Part shown: in pieces, positions 14,421-27,430 of the stretch
Layout: each line of letters begins with the position of its first letter
How positions within the stretch are numbered: position 1 is the first letter of the stretch
Source: Octopus vulgaris
Lineage: Eukaryota
Reading direction: 5' to 3'
DNA: 64,000 nt
NCBI GenBank assembly: GCA_951406725.2
Contig: OX597814.1
Span: 124,620,001-124,684,000, forward strand
Notes under the pieces: model-generated
What the model was told of the DNA's origin: nothing
The model's input: the letters and a program-made list of their open reading frames with translations, nothing else
Databases searched by the model: none
Made by a program: the position numbers and the translations under genes

Positions 14421-14895
14421 CCAAGCTAACATGGCAGTCCAGAAAAATAGGACGAATGCTGCCGTTGATTAGCTCCAAGAGGCCATCGCCTCTAGCTAGC
14501 TATGTGACACACAAACCTGTGTCCATTATAACATTCTAACAGGGGAGGTCAGCAGCTTCCCCTTGCTGGTCAGGCATCCACAGACTAGACTTTAATGATA
14601 TTTCTATTTTTGAAAACCAGTGGATGTATTCCACTGAATTTAGGTAAATAATCCTTCGAACAGTCGGTCAGCAGCGACGCCTGCTGGGTTCGACTATTCC
14701 ACATTGATAAGAGGCAACCACCTCGAAACTAGTCTGTGGATGCCAGACCAGCAAGGGGAAGCTACTGATCCCCCCTGTTCGAATATTATACTGGACACAG
14801 GTTCGTGTGTCACATAGCTAGCTAGAGGAGATGGCCTCTTGGAGTGATCAACGGCAGCATTAGTCCTATCTTTCTGGACTGCCATGTTGGCTTGG
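14421..14895. repeat. Inverted repeat, ~168-bp arms (14421-14588 / 14729-14895), from an old interspersed repeat also present at ~38665-38815
   Basis: Arms align as reverse complements with scattered mismatches. Confidence 0.9.
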
Positions 14896-15434
14896 CGATA
14901 ACTATTAATATCCAGTACCGCTGCCGTAGTCTCCCTGAGAGGGAATTAGAAATAATGATATTTCAACCTTTAAAACATTCGCTAATAAATAGAGTACTGA
15001 TTAGCGTACGCTAATATAATTTGTTGGTCTGCTGTCTTGGTCCAGTATATTTGATATATATAATATATTCAATAGAGCTAGTATTATTTAGTAGATATAC
15101 TAATATCTATTGTCTCTAATTTACCTGTTTTAATCTTCTAATTATTATTATTATAATTATCACTATTAGTTTTGGTATTATCATTGCTATTACTATCATT
15201 TAAATTTTAAAATTTCGCAGTTTAAATATTTACTTATATTCTTCCTTATTTTTAAATATTATTTAATTTATATTTTTAAATTTATTCGTAAGTTCACTTT
15301 GCCTTAAGTTATCTTAATAATTCTACAATTACCTTAAGGTTTAAATATTTATTCTTTTAAGAGAAATAATTTTTTGAAATAGAATGTATTCCTCGGTGAA
15401 TTAGATTGATAATTTTCCTTTGGCATTCTCAGGT

Positions 15435-16990
15435 TTACGTAACACCTCATGATAAAATTTCGTGGACGACCAGTTCATCGGACATATGGAGTCAAATTCC
15501 ACACTGAGATTCAGGCAACACTAAGCTGTCTAAGATAACCCGTCCAAGGATCTTTCCAGCAACACACAAAAGGGAGATACCTTTATGGTTGTCACATTAA
15601 CATTTGTTACCGTTATGATTATAAAGATGGACAACAGAAGTGTCTTTGAACTCCTGTGGAACTGATCCTGATTCCCAGCTGGTATCTCGGTTGGTATGGC
15701 GTCGTTCCCAGGCGACTTTCCATTCGTGAGCTGTTTTATGGCATTTTTTTTACTTAAGCATTTGATAGAGCAACCGACAGTTCTTCAAGGACAGGCCTTT
15801 GTTGTAGGTTGATGATTAGTTCTTCATCAACATTCGAGTCCATATTCAGAACATTTGAAAAGGGCTTTGCCCTGCGCTTCGTGATCTTCTGTTGAAAGTA
15901 TGGGAGTGGAGCCGACAAACACAGGTCCAAAAACACCCTTTAAATTCTGGTAGAATGACTCGGAGTCACATCTGCCCGCAGCATCTTGTAATTCTTGTGC
16001 TTTCCTTGTACCTTCCTTTGCCACTATATCTGTTTCATTTGCCTCAGTTGAGATTGGCATGTATTTCTGGCCTTTTAAAACTTATTATGTTTTGTGGCAT
16101 TATTCATATTTGACATCCATTGACAGTGGCACTTAAGCTTATTGTCCAAAAGATGTTTGGATCATTCGAGTCAAACCAATCTTGGTGCTTCCTCTTAACA
16201 TATCCGAGTGTTTCACAAGACGACTTAAATACGCTGATTCAATACCCGTGATCTCTGAGATGCCAGCAAGTTTGTTGTCACAATCATCAAATGAGGTTAA
16301 ATTGTCATTGTTCCTCAGCTTTGTTACATCCACTTTTCGAATTGGTCGAGTGCAATTGCTATGAGTAGGACTGCGTATAGTAAAAGTCTCCTTTGATTGC
16401 ATCAATCTGTGGTCAGAGCAGCACTCCTCAATGGAGAAAGAACGTGTTACTTGGACATCTTCCCTCATGGAAGACTGCACAATGAGGTGATGATGGTTTG
16501 ATCGAGGATACTTCCAGGTAGTTTTGTGGTGGTTGGGGAACTGGAAAATAGTATTGGTAATCAAAAGTCCATACTCAAGCGATAGCAGCAGATGGCCGTT
16601 TGAGTTTGCCTTACTAAACCCATGGTTCCCTATTACGTCACACCATAGGAATGTATCACAGCCTACACGCGCATTGAAATCACCAAAGAGTTCATGGTTG
16701 GAGCATAGCAGCTGAAAACAGTTGCATATTTATTTTGCAGATGCACAATGACGTGAGTCTTTCATTAATGCCAACAGGCAAAGAGTCAAGTTCATTCTGA
16801 ATAGCAAACCAGTCATTCCGAATGGCAAACCCAATACCTGCCTCTTTCTTTACTTCCTGAGGCTTATCCATCCAGAAAAAGTGTATCCACCTTCAAATTC
16901 CTATAGCTGACCACAGTCCACTAAACTGGTTTGTGAAAGAGCTGCTATTCCGATGTCTTTTCCTTCAAGGCATGGGCAACCAAAGAGGTC
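15435..16990 (-). mobile_element. Decayed RTE-clade LINE (AP endonuclease to start of RT)
   Basis: GDFNARVG, GKANSNGHLL, ITNTIFQFPNHHKTTWKYPRSNH, SDHRL, DNHKGISLLCVAGKILGRVIL motifs with frameshifts. Confidence 0.9.
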
Positions 16991-17069
16991 CTATTTTCTA
17001 TATTTTTCTTGCTGTTCTGAAGAGTTGCCATATTCCAAGATGCAATAATGAGGTTTTCTGTTTTCAATT

Positions 17070-17210
17070 AGCTGTTTACATCCCCGTAACTTAGCGGTTC
17101 GGCTAAAGAGACCGATAGAATAAGTCCTGGGGTCAATTTGCTCGACTAAAGGCAGTGCTCCAGCATGGCCACAGACAAATGACTGAAACAAGTAAAAGAG
17201 TAAAATAGAG
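17070..17210 (+). mobile_element. SINE family B 3' half
   Basis: Matches family B tail. Confidence 0.85.
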
Positions 17211-17489
17211 TATATACATATAATAGAAATATGTTACAAAAAGAAAATAGAAACTACACGTGGTAATGTGAGGGGAAAGTAAGAAAAATCAACGAAAATG
17301 CACATAATAAATAAAAAAAGTAATGGCTTTTTATGAAAAGTAACGTCAGATATATACAATTAGATGAACTGAGGTAGGAATAAAAGTAATAAAAGTCATT
17401 ATTGCGAGATTATTAAAGAGATTCAAGCATACCGACGGTTTCGTAAGTTACTATTCCTTGCTTTTACTGAACACCGGTTAATATATATC

Positions 17490-17632
17490 CTTTCTACTAT
17501 AGGCACAAGGCCTGAAATTTTGAGGTGAGGGGTTAAGTCGATGTAATCGACAGCAATACATGTCTGGTACTTATTTAATTGACCCCGAAAGGATGAAAGG
17601 CGAAGTCAACCTCGGCGGAATTTGAACTTAGA
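17490..17632 (-). mobile_element. SINE family A (A2 tail), 5'-truncated
   Basis: Matches family A central domain and tail. Confidence 0.85.
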
Positions 17633-17662
17633 GCATATATATATAGCTATACATACATACAT

Positions 17663-17737
<75 letters not shown>

Positions 17738-18337
17738 CACTCTGGTATATCCACTGATCCGTTGATTCCTATTAATATTTCATTCTCTGTGAATATCACG
17801 GAATAGAACATGATGCAATAGTACCGCCATTCTATCTTATTCTCGTTTCTATGTTTGTTTAGTTCTACAGATATATGCGATCCTTTATAAGTTGTCGTCT
17901 GATCAACAACCACGGCGGCTGCAATCATACGAACGCGTTCGTTTTATAAGCGAGATTCCCTCTCAAATTGGCCTTTTCAAAACTAGAATCCTTGTGATGA
18001 TGATCCATCTTCGACATGGTGAAACTAATTAGTCTTGAAATATTTTGATGTCCATATTGATATCTGTTATCAGATACATATCTTTATGTCACTGGATGTC
18101 TAAATATAAATTTGCATTGAGTTCTTTTATATCAAACGCTTGGGAATATAGACTTCGGTGTGTGTGTACCGATTGATATTAATGCATACAACATACATAC
18201 AGACACACATACACACATATCTACATATATTAATATCAATCGGACCATATAGCGATATATATTTGTGTATATCTGTGTACAAATGTACATACCTGCATCC
18301 ATCACATCAATCCATCGATCCAACAATACATGCATAT

Positions 18338-18339
<2 letters not shown>

Positions 18340-18396
<57 letters not shown>

Positions 18397-18559
18397 TGTA
18401 GATATATATATATATATATACATATATGTAGATATATATGTGTGTGTGTGTGTGTATGTATATATATATGTATATATATCGATGTATATATATATATGTC
18501 TTTGCATATATATATATATGTACATATATATATACATATCTATATATATGTATATATAT

Positions 18560-18602
<43 letters not shown>

Positions 18603-18682
18603 CATATATGTATGTATATATACATATGTATATACATATATATGTATATATACATATATACATATATATACATATATACATA

Positions 18683-18721
<39 letters not shown>

Positions 18722-18800
18722 ATATATTATATATACATACTTTTCTCTCTTTCTTCTCTCTCTCTCTCTGTATATATATATATATATATATTGTATATAT

Positions 18801-18832
<32 letters not shown>

Positions 18833-18845
18833 CATATAAATATAA

Positions 18846-18908
<63 letters not shown>

Positions 18909-18912
18909 TATA
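18340..18912. repeat. Long compound (CA)n/(TA)n microsatellite
   Basis: Directly visible. Confidence 0.95.
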
Positions 18913-19326
18913 CATATGAATTATCACAGAATTTGGTTCTGCACGTATAAGTGTAAATTACTACTGTAGGCTATCAATGGCTTCAGAGATCCATTGATGC
19001 CCAGAGCGTTGAATATATAATTATTCTCTCTCAAAGTGTATCAGGATTATATCCTAAAATAAGTTTGCGGGATATAAAAGCAAAACTGCTCAAAAAATCT
19101 CAGTTGAGCATGTGAACATGATGTATGTAGACCAACTGAATGAAGGCATGCATACACGCACACGCATACACACGTATAGTTATATGTATACGTTCGTACA
19201 TATGAGTTAGGGAATGAAAGAAAGTGGCACCTAACACATTTCATAAGTGCATTTAAGTATTGAAGTAAAGGTTGCTGGAACTACAATATACTGAAGGTTT
19301 CGTGGGCACAGAAGATGTCCATAGAA

Positions 19327-19742
19327 GGCGGCGAGCTTGGCAGAAACGTTAGCACACCGGGCCGAAATGCTTAGCGGTATTTCGCCTGTCCTTACGTTCT
19401 GAGTTCAAATTCCGCCAAGGTCGACTTTGCCTGTCATCCTTTCGGGGTCGATAAATTAAGTACCAGTTACGCACTGGGGTCGATGTAATCGACTTAATCC
19501 TTTTGTCTGTCCTTGTTTGTTCCTCAATGTTTAGCCCCTTGTGGGTAGTAAAGAAATAGATATTTCGTCTGCCGCTACGTTCTGAGTTCAAATTCCGCCG
19601 AGATCAACTTTGCCTTTAATCTTTCCGTGGTCGATAAATTAAGTACCAGTTACGCACCGGAGTCCATGTAATCGACTTAATCCCTTTGTCTGTCCTTGTT
19701 TGTCCCCTCTACTTTTTGCCCCTTGTGGGCAATAAAGAAATA
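19327..19742 (+). mobile_element. SINE family A1 head-to-tail dimer inside a single TSD
   Basis: Full unit plus headless unit; TSD agaagaYgtccatagaa at 19310-19326 and 19743-19759. Confidence 0.92.
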
Positions 19743-19879
19743 AGAAGACGTCCATAGAATCAGATGTATGGTATCAGGGACTCTCACTGCGACAATATGG
19801 GCATGTACTGCGCCCGAGAAACATTAAGTAACGGGATAGTGAGAAGGCTGAATCACCCTGTTATTAGATACATACATAC

Positions 19880-19938
<59 letters not shown>

Positions 19939-20150
19939 AGGCGGCGAACTGGCAGAAACGCTAGCACGCCGGGCAAAATGCTTAGCGCTGTTTCGTCTGT
20001 CTTTACGTTCTGAGTTCAAATGCTGCCGAGGTCAACTTTGCCTTTTATCTTTACGGGTTCGATAAGTTAAGTACCACTTGCGTACTGGGTCGATCTAATC
20101 GACTAGCCATCTCCCACAAAATTTCGGGCCTTGTGCCTAGAGTAGAAAAC
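19939..20150 (+). mobile_element. SINE family A (A2 tail)
   Basis: Full head to cttgtgcctagagtagaaaa tail. Confidence 0.9.
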
Positions 20151-20172
20151 AAGTATGTCTGTGTGTGTGTGT

Positions 20173-20209
<37 letters not shown>

Positions 20210-20229
20210 TGTGTATGTGCGTGCGTATG

Positions 20230-20492
20230 ATGGACTCTCCAGTCGTTAGCTGACGTATGAGGGTTCAACAAACACATGATTTGTTTATAGTGATCAAATA
20301 TTGATGTGCACATAAGTTCACACCCTCTATTACCTGCATAGGTACAACGGTTGCCACATGTCATATGACGAAACGATTGCAGAGCAACATGAAATGAAGT
20401 GCTTTGCTCAAGAGCACAATGCAACGTCTGGTCTGGGAATCGAACCCACAATCTCGCAATCGTGAGTGCAGCACCTTAACCACTGAGCCAGG
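20230..20492 (-). mobile_element. SINE family C (tail C3)
   Basis: rc tggctcagtggttaagg...ggttcgattccc head, cttgagcaaagcacttcatttca central domain, distinct tail. Confidence 0.8.
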
Positions 20493-20671
20493 TGTGTGTG
20501 TGTTATGTATGTATGTATGTATGTATGTATGTATGTATGTATGTATGTATGTATGTATGTATAGATGGATGGATGGATGGATGGATGGATGGATGGATGG
20601 ATGGATGGATGGATGGATGTGTACATGTTGGATAATTACGAAAAAAATTTCGTATTAGAATTCTTCAAATA

Positions 20672-20753
20672 AAGTGACTTCTACTGTAGCCTTGGGCCGA
20701 TCAAAGCCTTGTGAGTGGAACTGGTAGACGGAAACTGAAAGAAGTCCGTCGTG

Positions 20754-20825
<72 letters not shown>

Positions 20826-21040
20826 TATGTATGTACGTATCTGTTTGTGTGTCTGTATTTGTCCCCTAGCATCACTTGACAACCGATATTAGTGTATTTA
20901 CGTACCTGTAACGTTGTGGTTTCGGCAAAAGAGACCGATAGAATAAGTACTAGGCTTACAAGAAATAAGTCACGATGTCGATTTGTTCAACTAAAGGCTG
21001 TGCTCCAGCATGACCGCAGTCAAATAACCGAAACAAATAA
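20672..21040 (+). mobile_element. SINE family B, 5'-truncated
   Basis: Matches family B. Confidence 0.88.
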
Positions 21041-21164
21041 CGTCTGCCGTAAAGGCATTATTTTCCAAATACGCCAGCTAAGCTAAGTTGAACTGTCCAA
21101 AGTCGTAAGACACCCGCTGTTTTTGTCCTGTTATTACTATTATTGTTTTTTGTATTTATATTCG

Positions 21165-21455
21165 TGTGGCATCATCCGCTTTTCTGTCCTTGTTTCGTAT
21201 ACATTCGATCCTTTTTCCAAGAAATCTAATGCTCGTAGCTTAGTTTTTCCTTGGGGCTGGCCGGATCGGAGCGATCTCAAGATTAATCAGCCGAAATTGC
21301 GAGGATAATCCGGTTCTTGACTGAAGATTGGAGGCTTCGAATGTCCCGTCCGTGTTTTTTGTAGTGTCTTCTAAATGTTTTACGTTCTCGCCCGTTTTTT
21401 GTGTCGTCTATTTGAGTGTTTTGCGTTCTTGTCCCATTTTGTATTTTTATATATA
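21165..21455 (+). repeat. Interspersed repeat, probably a PLE pLTR derivative; inverted partial copy at 27820-27945
   Basis: tcagccgaaattgcgaggataatccggttcttgactgaagattgga...cgaatgtcccgtccgtg recurs in reverse complement. Confidence 0.65.
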
Positions 21456-21460
21456 TTTTT

Positions 21461-21497
<37 letters not shown>

Positions 21498-21626
21498 GGA
21501 TAAAATCGTTTATTTAAATTAAACAACGATCTTATCAAGTGGCCAGCATGGGATTAAAAACCTTCAAAGGTAATAATTACTATTAAAATTATAACTTAGG
21601 GTATCTACGAGATACCGCCATGCTGA

Positions 21627-21678
<52 letters not shown>

Positions 21679-21858
21679 AGAGTTTATGAAAAAAAAAACA
21701 AAAGAGGAAGACAGGTGGTGTACAAAAAAAACCCAGATGTATTAGTATAACGCTCAGGAATAGAAAAAGTCTTTTACGTTTCGAGCCTACGCTCTTATAC
21801 AAAAAGGGACTCAGAAAAAACAATGAGACAAAAAATTGTGTGTTGTGGCTAACGGTCT

Positions 21859-21890
<32 letters not shown>

Positions 21891-22768
21891 CACACATGCA
21901 CACATACGTACATACCCATAAACACCACACACACATACACACACGCTCACACATAAACCTATACATTGAAATTGAACATGGAAGCAATGACCGGAAAAGC
22001 ACAAAGAGCAAATAAACATGCGAATCCAATCGTCAGCCATAGAGACCAGCCTCAGCATCGTCCAAAGACTCTAAGTCTTCTCATGGTTTCCCTAGTTGCG
22101 CTAATCCTAAGGTGTATTGCCGTTTTGCTTTTATTCCGGTTCCTTACGCCTATAGTACAAATATGGCGGAGATCAACTTCGCCGTTCATACTTCTGGCTT
22201 TGATAAATAAAGCACTCGTCACCGATGGGGGATAGGCAGAAACTTGCAGTTTCTGTCCTGTTTGTTTTCGCTCTGTTTCCAAATACTGCTGTGGCCATTA
22301 AAAGTCATAAACGTAACCTATCGCCCGCCTAAGCACTACTACTTTGTTATCGTACATTCCTGTTACAAGAATTCTTGACGGATGTCCCGTTTTGGAGTAC
22401 AGTCTTTGCTCCTTTCCTCACACCAGTATTTTTGGCCCTGCAATTTTTCGTGGTCACTGTTCTTCTTCTCTGACTAAGAGATAAAATAATGCTGACCTGA
22501 TTTGGACATAAGATTATTATTTGATATCATTGGTGATTTACACCATACTGTGTGTTTAGCGTGTGCACCCTTTTGTCTACGGTTTTTTTTTTAAATTGAA
22601 ATTTTAAATATCAAACATATATTTCCGGCTTCTCAAATGCCTCATCAGCCAATTTACTGAAACAGTAACATATGTTTACTGAAACAGTCAGTCTTATTTT
22701 GTTATAACGAGACTTCATATCATGATACAATACTTTTGAAGACAATCAAATCAAACCATATAAATAAC

Positions 22769-22944
22769 GCGGGAGTAGCTATATAGTAAGTAGCTTGCAT
22801 ACCAACCACATGGTTCCGGGTTCAGTCCCACTGCGTGGCACCTTAGGCAAGTGTCTTCTACTATAGCCTCGGGCCAACCAAAGCCTTGTGAGTGGATTTG
22901 GTAGACGGAAACTGAAAGAAGCCCGTCGTATATATGTATGTATA

Positions 22945-23031
<87 letters not shown>

Positions 23032-23230
23032 GTGTGTATGTGTGTATATGTTTGTGAGTCTGTGTTTGTCCCCCCAATATCGCTTGACAACCGATGCTGG
23101 TGTGTTTACGTCCCTGTAACTTAGCGGTTCGTCAAAAGAAACCGATAGAATAAGTACAAAGAATAAGTTCTGGGGTCGATTTGCTCGACAAAAGGCGGTG
23201 CTCCAGCATGGCCACAGTCAAAATGACTCA
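22769..23230 (+). mobile_element. SINE family B, near full length
   Basis: Matches family B. Confidence 0.9.
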
Positions 23231-23698
23231 CAGATCAACGATTAGGATTTTAAAAATTATAAACTACGTTGATTTCATACATAGCAACAAGGGCTCTAAG
23301 CGGGCCGTTTTTCTTTTTTATCTATCACTTCACTGAAGCATAAAACATCATAGTCGGCATCAGTTCGTTTTGAACTCAGAACATAGAGTGCTGTAATTAA
23401 ATAATGCAGTAAGTTTTACTCGATCTTTTATTGACTCTCCCAATCCCGAAACCTGTACATGAAACGTGTGTTAAGTATCAACGTACGAAAGGTAGTTCAG
23501 GAAATTATCTGGCAAGCAGACTAGAATCTGAGGCGATTAAAAAGTTCAGTAAGACATAGGTAGACATATATAAACTCATTTTGAGAAAGAGTGGGATGCA
23601 GACTCGGTCTGGTGTCATTGGTGTCGTGATGATTCGGCAAATGACAGAATTACGTGGTTTGAATAATAATGGCGGTCGATTTGTTGTTGTAGCATATA

Positions 23699-23798
<100 letters not shown>

Positions 23799-24026
23799 TA
23801 TATATACATACATACATAATACATACATATATATATATGTGTGTGTGTGTGTGTGCATATATATATATATATGTGGGGACAATGGAAAATAACATATGAG
23901 TGTGTGCGTATAAACATGGGTATGCATGCATATTTGTATGTATGAAATGTATGCATATATGCATGTACGTACGTATGCAGTGTATATATAGATATGTGCT
24001 TATATATTCATATATATGTGCATATA

Positions 24027-24084
<58 letters not shown>

Positions 24085-24607
24085 CACATATATGTATATA
24101 CGTATACATATAAACACACACACATATACACACCCACATACACACACATATCATAATGTAAAACTTGTAATGTGTAATGAAAACTACTTTACATAGAGCA
24201 AACATTATCTGATGTAAAATTGAATACATTGGATAGAGGAGATAGATATGTTTATTACGTCAAATAATGACAGTCTGTTATGTGTTTCGCCTCATAATAG
24301 GCGATCGTGGGATAGATTAAACACTATGCAGTTTATATAAAATTAGTTAACCTAAGATGGATGTGAGTGGATAGGGTGTTGAGTGTCTCTGAAAATTAAT
24401 TTAAAGATGTAGATTTATATTAGGAAGTTATTGTTAAATCATATGTATGCATGAACGGGTTGGTATACTCCTCAGCTCTACTCCTGTTTTGCATTATCTG
24501 AAGTTATTTACTTCATTACCTGAAGTTAATAACTGAAGTTATTAGAGGAGTGTAAATATTAGAGGTGATGACTTCTGTTCTGGTTCACACGACAAGCAAA
24601 GCGTAAT

Positions 24608-24659
<52 letters not shown>

Positions 24660-24891
24660 TAATAAAAAGAATCCAATATCATTTACAAATAATGATATAT
24701 TATAAGATAATATATTATAATTAATTGAAATAGTAATGTTAAATGTTCATTCTGATTGAACTAGTACTTTCATGCATTGAATTCTGCAATCTTCGGGTTC
24801 ATGTAGTAGTGTTGACAGTCATGCTTCACAATTTACATACATACATACATACAAACATACATACATATATATATTATATATGTTATATATG

Positions 24892-24948
<57 letters not shown>

Positions 24949-25125
24949 ACAAATATTAGGGAATAAATCCAAATTTACAGGGAAAAATCAGATTTAGGAT
25001 TGAATCCAATTTTATAGTAAAATATTATATAATATTAATTAGAGACAAAACCATATATGCATCAACAAAGAAAGACTTATCCAATACATAAAAAATTTTA
25101 TATAAATTAAATAAAATTAAATTAG

Positions 25126-25172
25126 CCACTACAATTGTTTCGTGTCTCTTCTAAGGACATTCATCAGGTGAA
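25126..25172 (-). ncRNA. Minimal type I hammerhead ribozyme motif
   Basis: rc UUCAC-CUGAUGA-AUGUC...GACAC-GAAA-CAAUUG-UA-GUGG; palindromic stem III ACAAUUGU. Confidence 0.7.
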
Positions 25173-25215
25173 TGTCCTTAGAGAGACACAACAATTGTAG
25201 TGGTTTTGTCTCTAA

Positions 25216-25301
<86 letters not shown>

Positions 25302-25866
25302 CACATACATATATAACATGTAACATTAGGGAATATCATATATATATATATCACTATCTATAAAAAATCTGAAATGCGAAAAGTTTGTTTGTCTGGTTTG
25401 GGCATTGGAACGGGTTAAAGGGCACTAGATCCCGTCGGATTGACTCTAAAATTTACAGGGACATGTAAAATGAGGTGAGGATGTAAGTGGGCTAGCTTAG
25501 AAATCCCTATCTTAAAAGGTGTGGTTACTAGGGCAAAAACGCACAGTTTGACAAGTCTGCTCCCATTCTCTTATCTGCCTCTCTTCGTCTGTGTCTCTCT
25601 GCTTCCTCCCTTCCCATCACTTTCTTTCTATAACGTCGCTTGACCGCGTCTACTATCTTTTCCCCGCCGCTTCGCCATTCCTGTCACTCTCTCTCTCTCT
25701 TTCTACGTCTGTCTGCCTTCATAGAGAGAATTATCATCGCCACCAACACCACCACACAATCATGAGAACAAATATTATGAATCAGATATTTATTGGGTTA
25801 TTTTATATATGTGTGTTTGTGAGTTCTATATATAAATATGTATATATATATAAGTGTATATATCTG

Positions 25867-25918
<52 letters not shown>

Positions 25919-25972
25919 CACATATATATATATATAATTTGTATACATTTGTATACATAATGCATACACACA

Positions 25973-26058
<86 letters not shown>

Positions 26059-26157
26059 CATTTCAATAAATTTAAGGGTAGCAAAAATTCTAGAAAAATT
26101 CTCCGCTACCAGCGGTCAAGTGAGAAAGAATAGATAGACTATATAATATACATTCAA

Positions 26158-26574
26158 ATATATAAGGAATGGCCATGATAGGACATTCAACTCACTAGAA
26201 AGAGCACCCAAACTCCAAACTCCAAACCACTAATAGTTGTAATTCTGAAATGGAAAGAAATAAAAACGTTTACCATTTCCCTCTCTGGACTATGCATAGT
26301 TTCGGCGAAATTTAGTAAATAAATAAATTAAATTAAATTCATTTACAACTGGCGTGCCTCATCAGCAGAGAAGCCAAGGACTAAACATATATTCACGAGG
26401 CAATAATAAGCATTCCTCGAATCTATATGTAATAAATTTTCAAAATCCACTGCGCGAGGGAAATGGTAAACTTTTTTATTTCTTTCCATTTCAGAATTAC
26501 AACTATTAGTGGTTTGGAGTTTGGCTGCCCTTTCTAGTGAGTCGAATGTCCTATTATGGCCATCCCTTATATAT
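26158..26574. repeat. Inverted repeat, ~120-bp arms (26158-26283 / 26456-26574)
   Basis: Arms align as reverse complements with few mismatches. Confidence 0.92.
26281..26372 (-). ncRNA. Type I hammerhead ribozyme with a complete core
   Basis: rc UCUCUG-CUGAUGA-GGC[long AU loop]GCC-GAAA-CUAUGCAUAG-UC-CAGAGA; 6-bp stem I, GUC triplet, predicted cut between 26288 and 26287. Confidence 0.85.
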
Positions 26575-27300
26575 GCACACCTATGTTAAAAGTGCTGGCG
26601 AGTTTGCATGACAACTATTTTTTTCCTCAAATGAAAGGCGTGACCTCTAGGACAAAATTCCTCATCTTATAAAATGTGGCCCGAGTAGACCCGAATGAAA
26701 TCTGGTTATATTAACCAAAATGTGAAAAGGGGTCTAAATGGGGCTGGAAGGGGATTAAAATTTACAGGAGCGGGTGTTTAGGAATTTTCTTTTACATCAA
26801 GTTCCAAATTTTACGCCAGCCGTTAAACTGCTACTACGTTGCTGTCTGTCGTTAAGAAATGCCAGCCATGGTGACTCTACTGTCCTCAGATTCTATCCCT
26901 TTAAACTTTGGTTTCCAATATTTTTTTTTTTTATTCAGCTCGCAAGTTCGTCTGTCCCTTTTAAATGTTAGCGTTTTGCTGTCTGCCTTGAAGCAAACCT
27001 TTCCGTTGTCACAGCCTGATATTTATGATTGATCTTTGAAAATATTTTATTTCTCAACTTACTCAAGATCTTTTGTTGTTTATAAATGGGAGAGAGATAG
27101 ATAGAGAAAGATAGAGAGTAAGAGAAATCGAGGGAGAGTCCGAGAGCAAGGAAGAGTAAGAGAGTGGGAAAGTGAGATAGAAAGGAGAGAGAAACAAAGA
27201 GGGAGAATGTGGTGATAAAAAACAGAAAGTAACAGAAAGTAACAACCACACTCTTACACGCGCGTAGAGCGGGTCGCCTTAAGCTAGTATATATATATAA

Positions 27301-27430
27301 GGCGAGCTGGCACAACCTTTGGCACATGAGGCAAAATGCTTGGCGACACATCATCCTCTTTACCTTCGATTTTGCTGTTCATCCTTTCGAGGTTGATAGA
27401 ATAAGCAGCAGTTGAGCAATAGGGTCGATG
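27301..27430 (+). mobile_element. Old SINE family A fragment
   Basis: ggcgagctggca...aaatgctt...tcatcctttcgaggttgatag. Confidence 0.65.

Larger units (their letters stand above)
25351..27287 (+). mobile_element. Non-autonomous Helitron-like element containing later insertions
   Basis: 5' TC start (tctataaaaaa...gtttgtttgtctg), 3' GC-rich hairpin acgcgcgtagagcgggt then CTAG (27284-27287) followed by T; linking the two ends is an inference. Confidence 0.5.

Noticed and set aside
21300-21350. CUGAAGA...CGAAUGUC as a hammerhead
   Set aside because: GAAA and stems I/III are not satisfied in either copy (see also 27880-27915).
21960-22610. PLE coding relic next to the HHR-like motif at 22610-22655
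   Set aside because: The peptide resemblance (AYPPSVTSALFIKAR) is too weak and the motif order unclear; cannot be supported by eye.
24495-24545. Short repeats (ctgaagtta x3; also 21-bp duplication at ~60010-60058, 14-bp at ~22654-22688, ~5150-5200) as a CRISPR-like array
   Set aside because: Only 2-3 units with no regular spacers; ordinary local slippage duplications in a eukaryotic genome.
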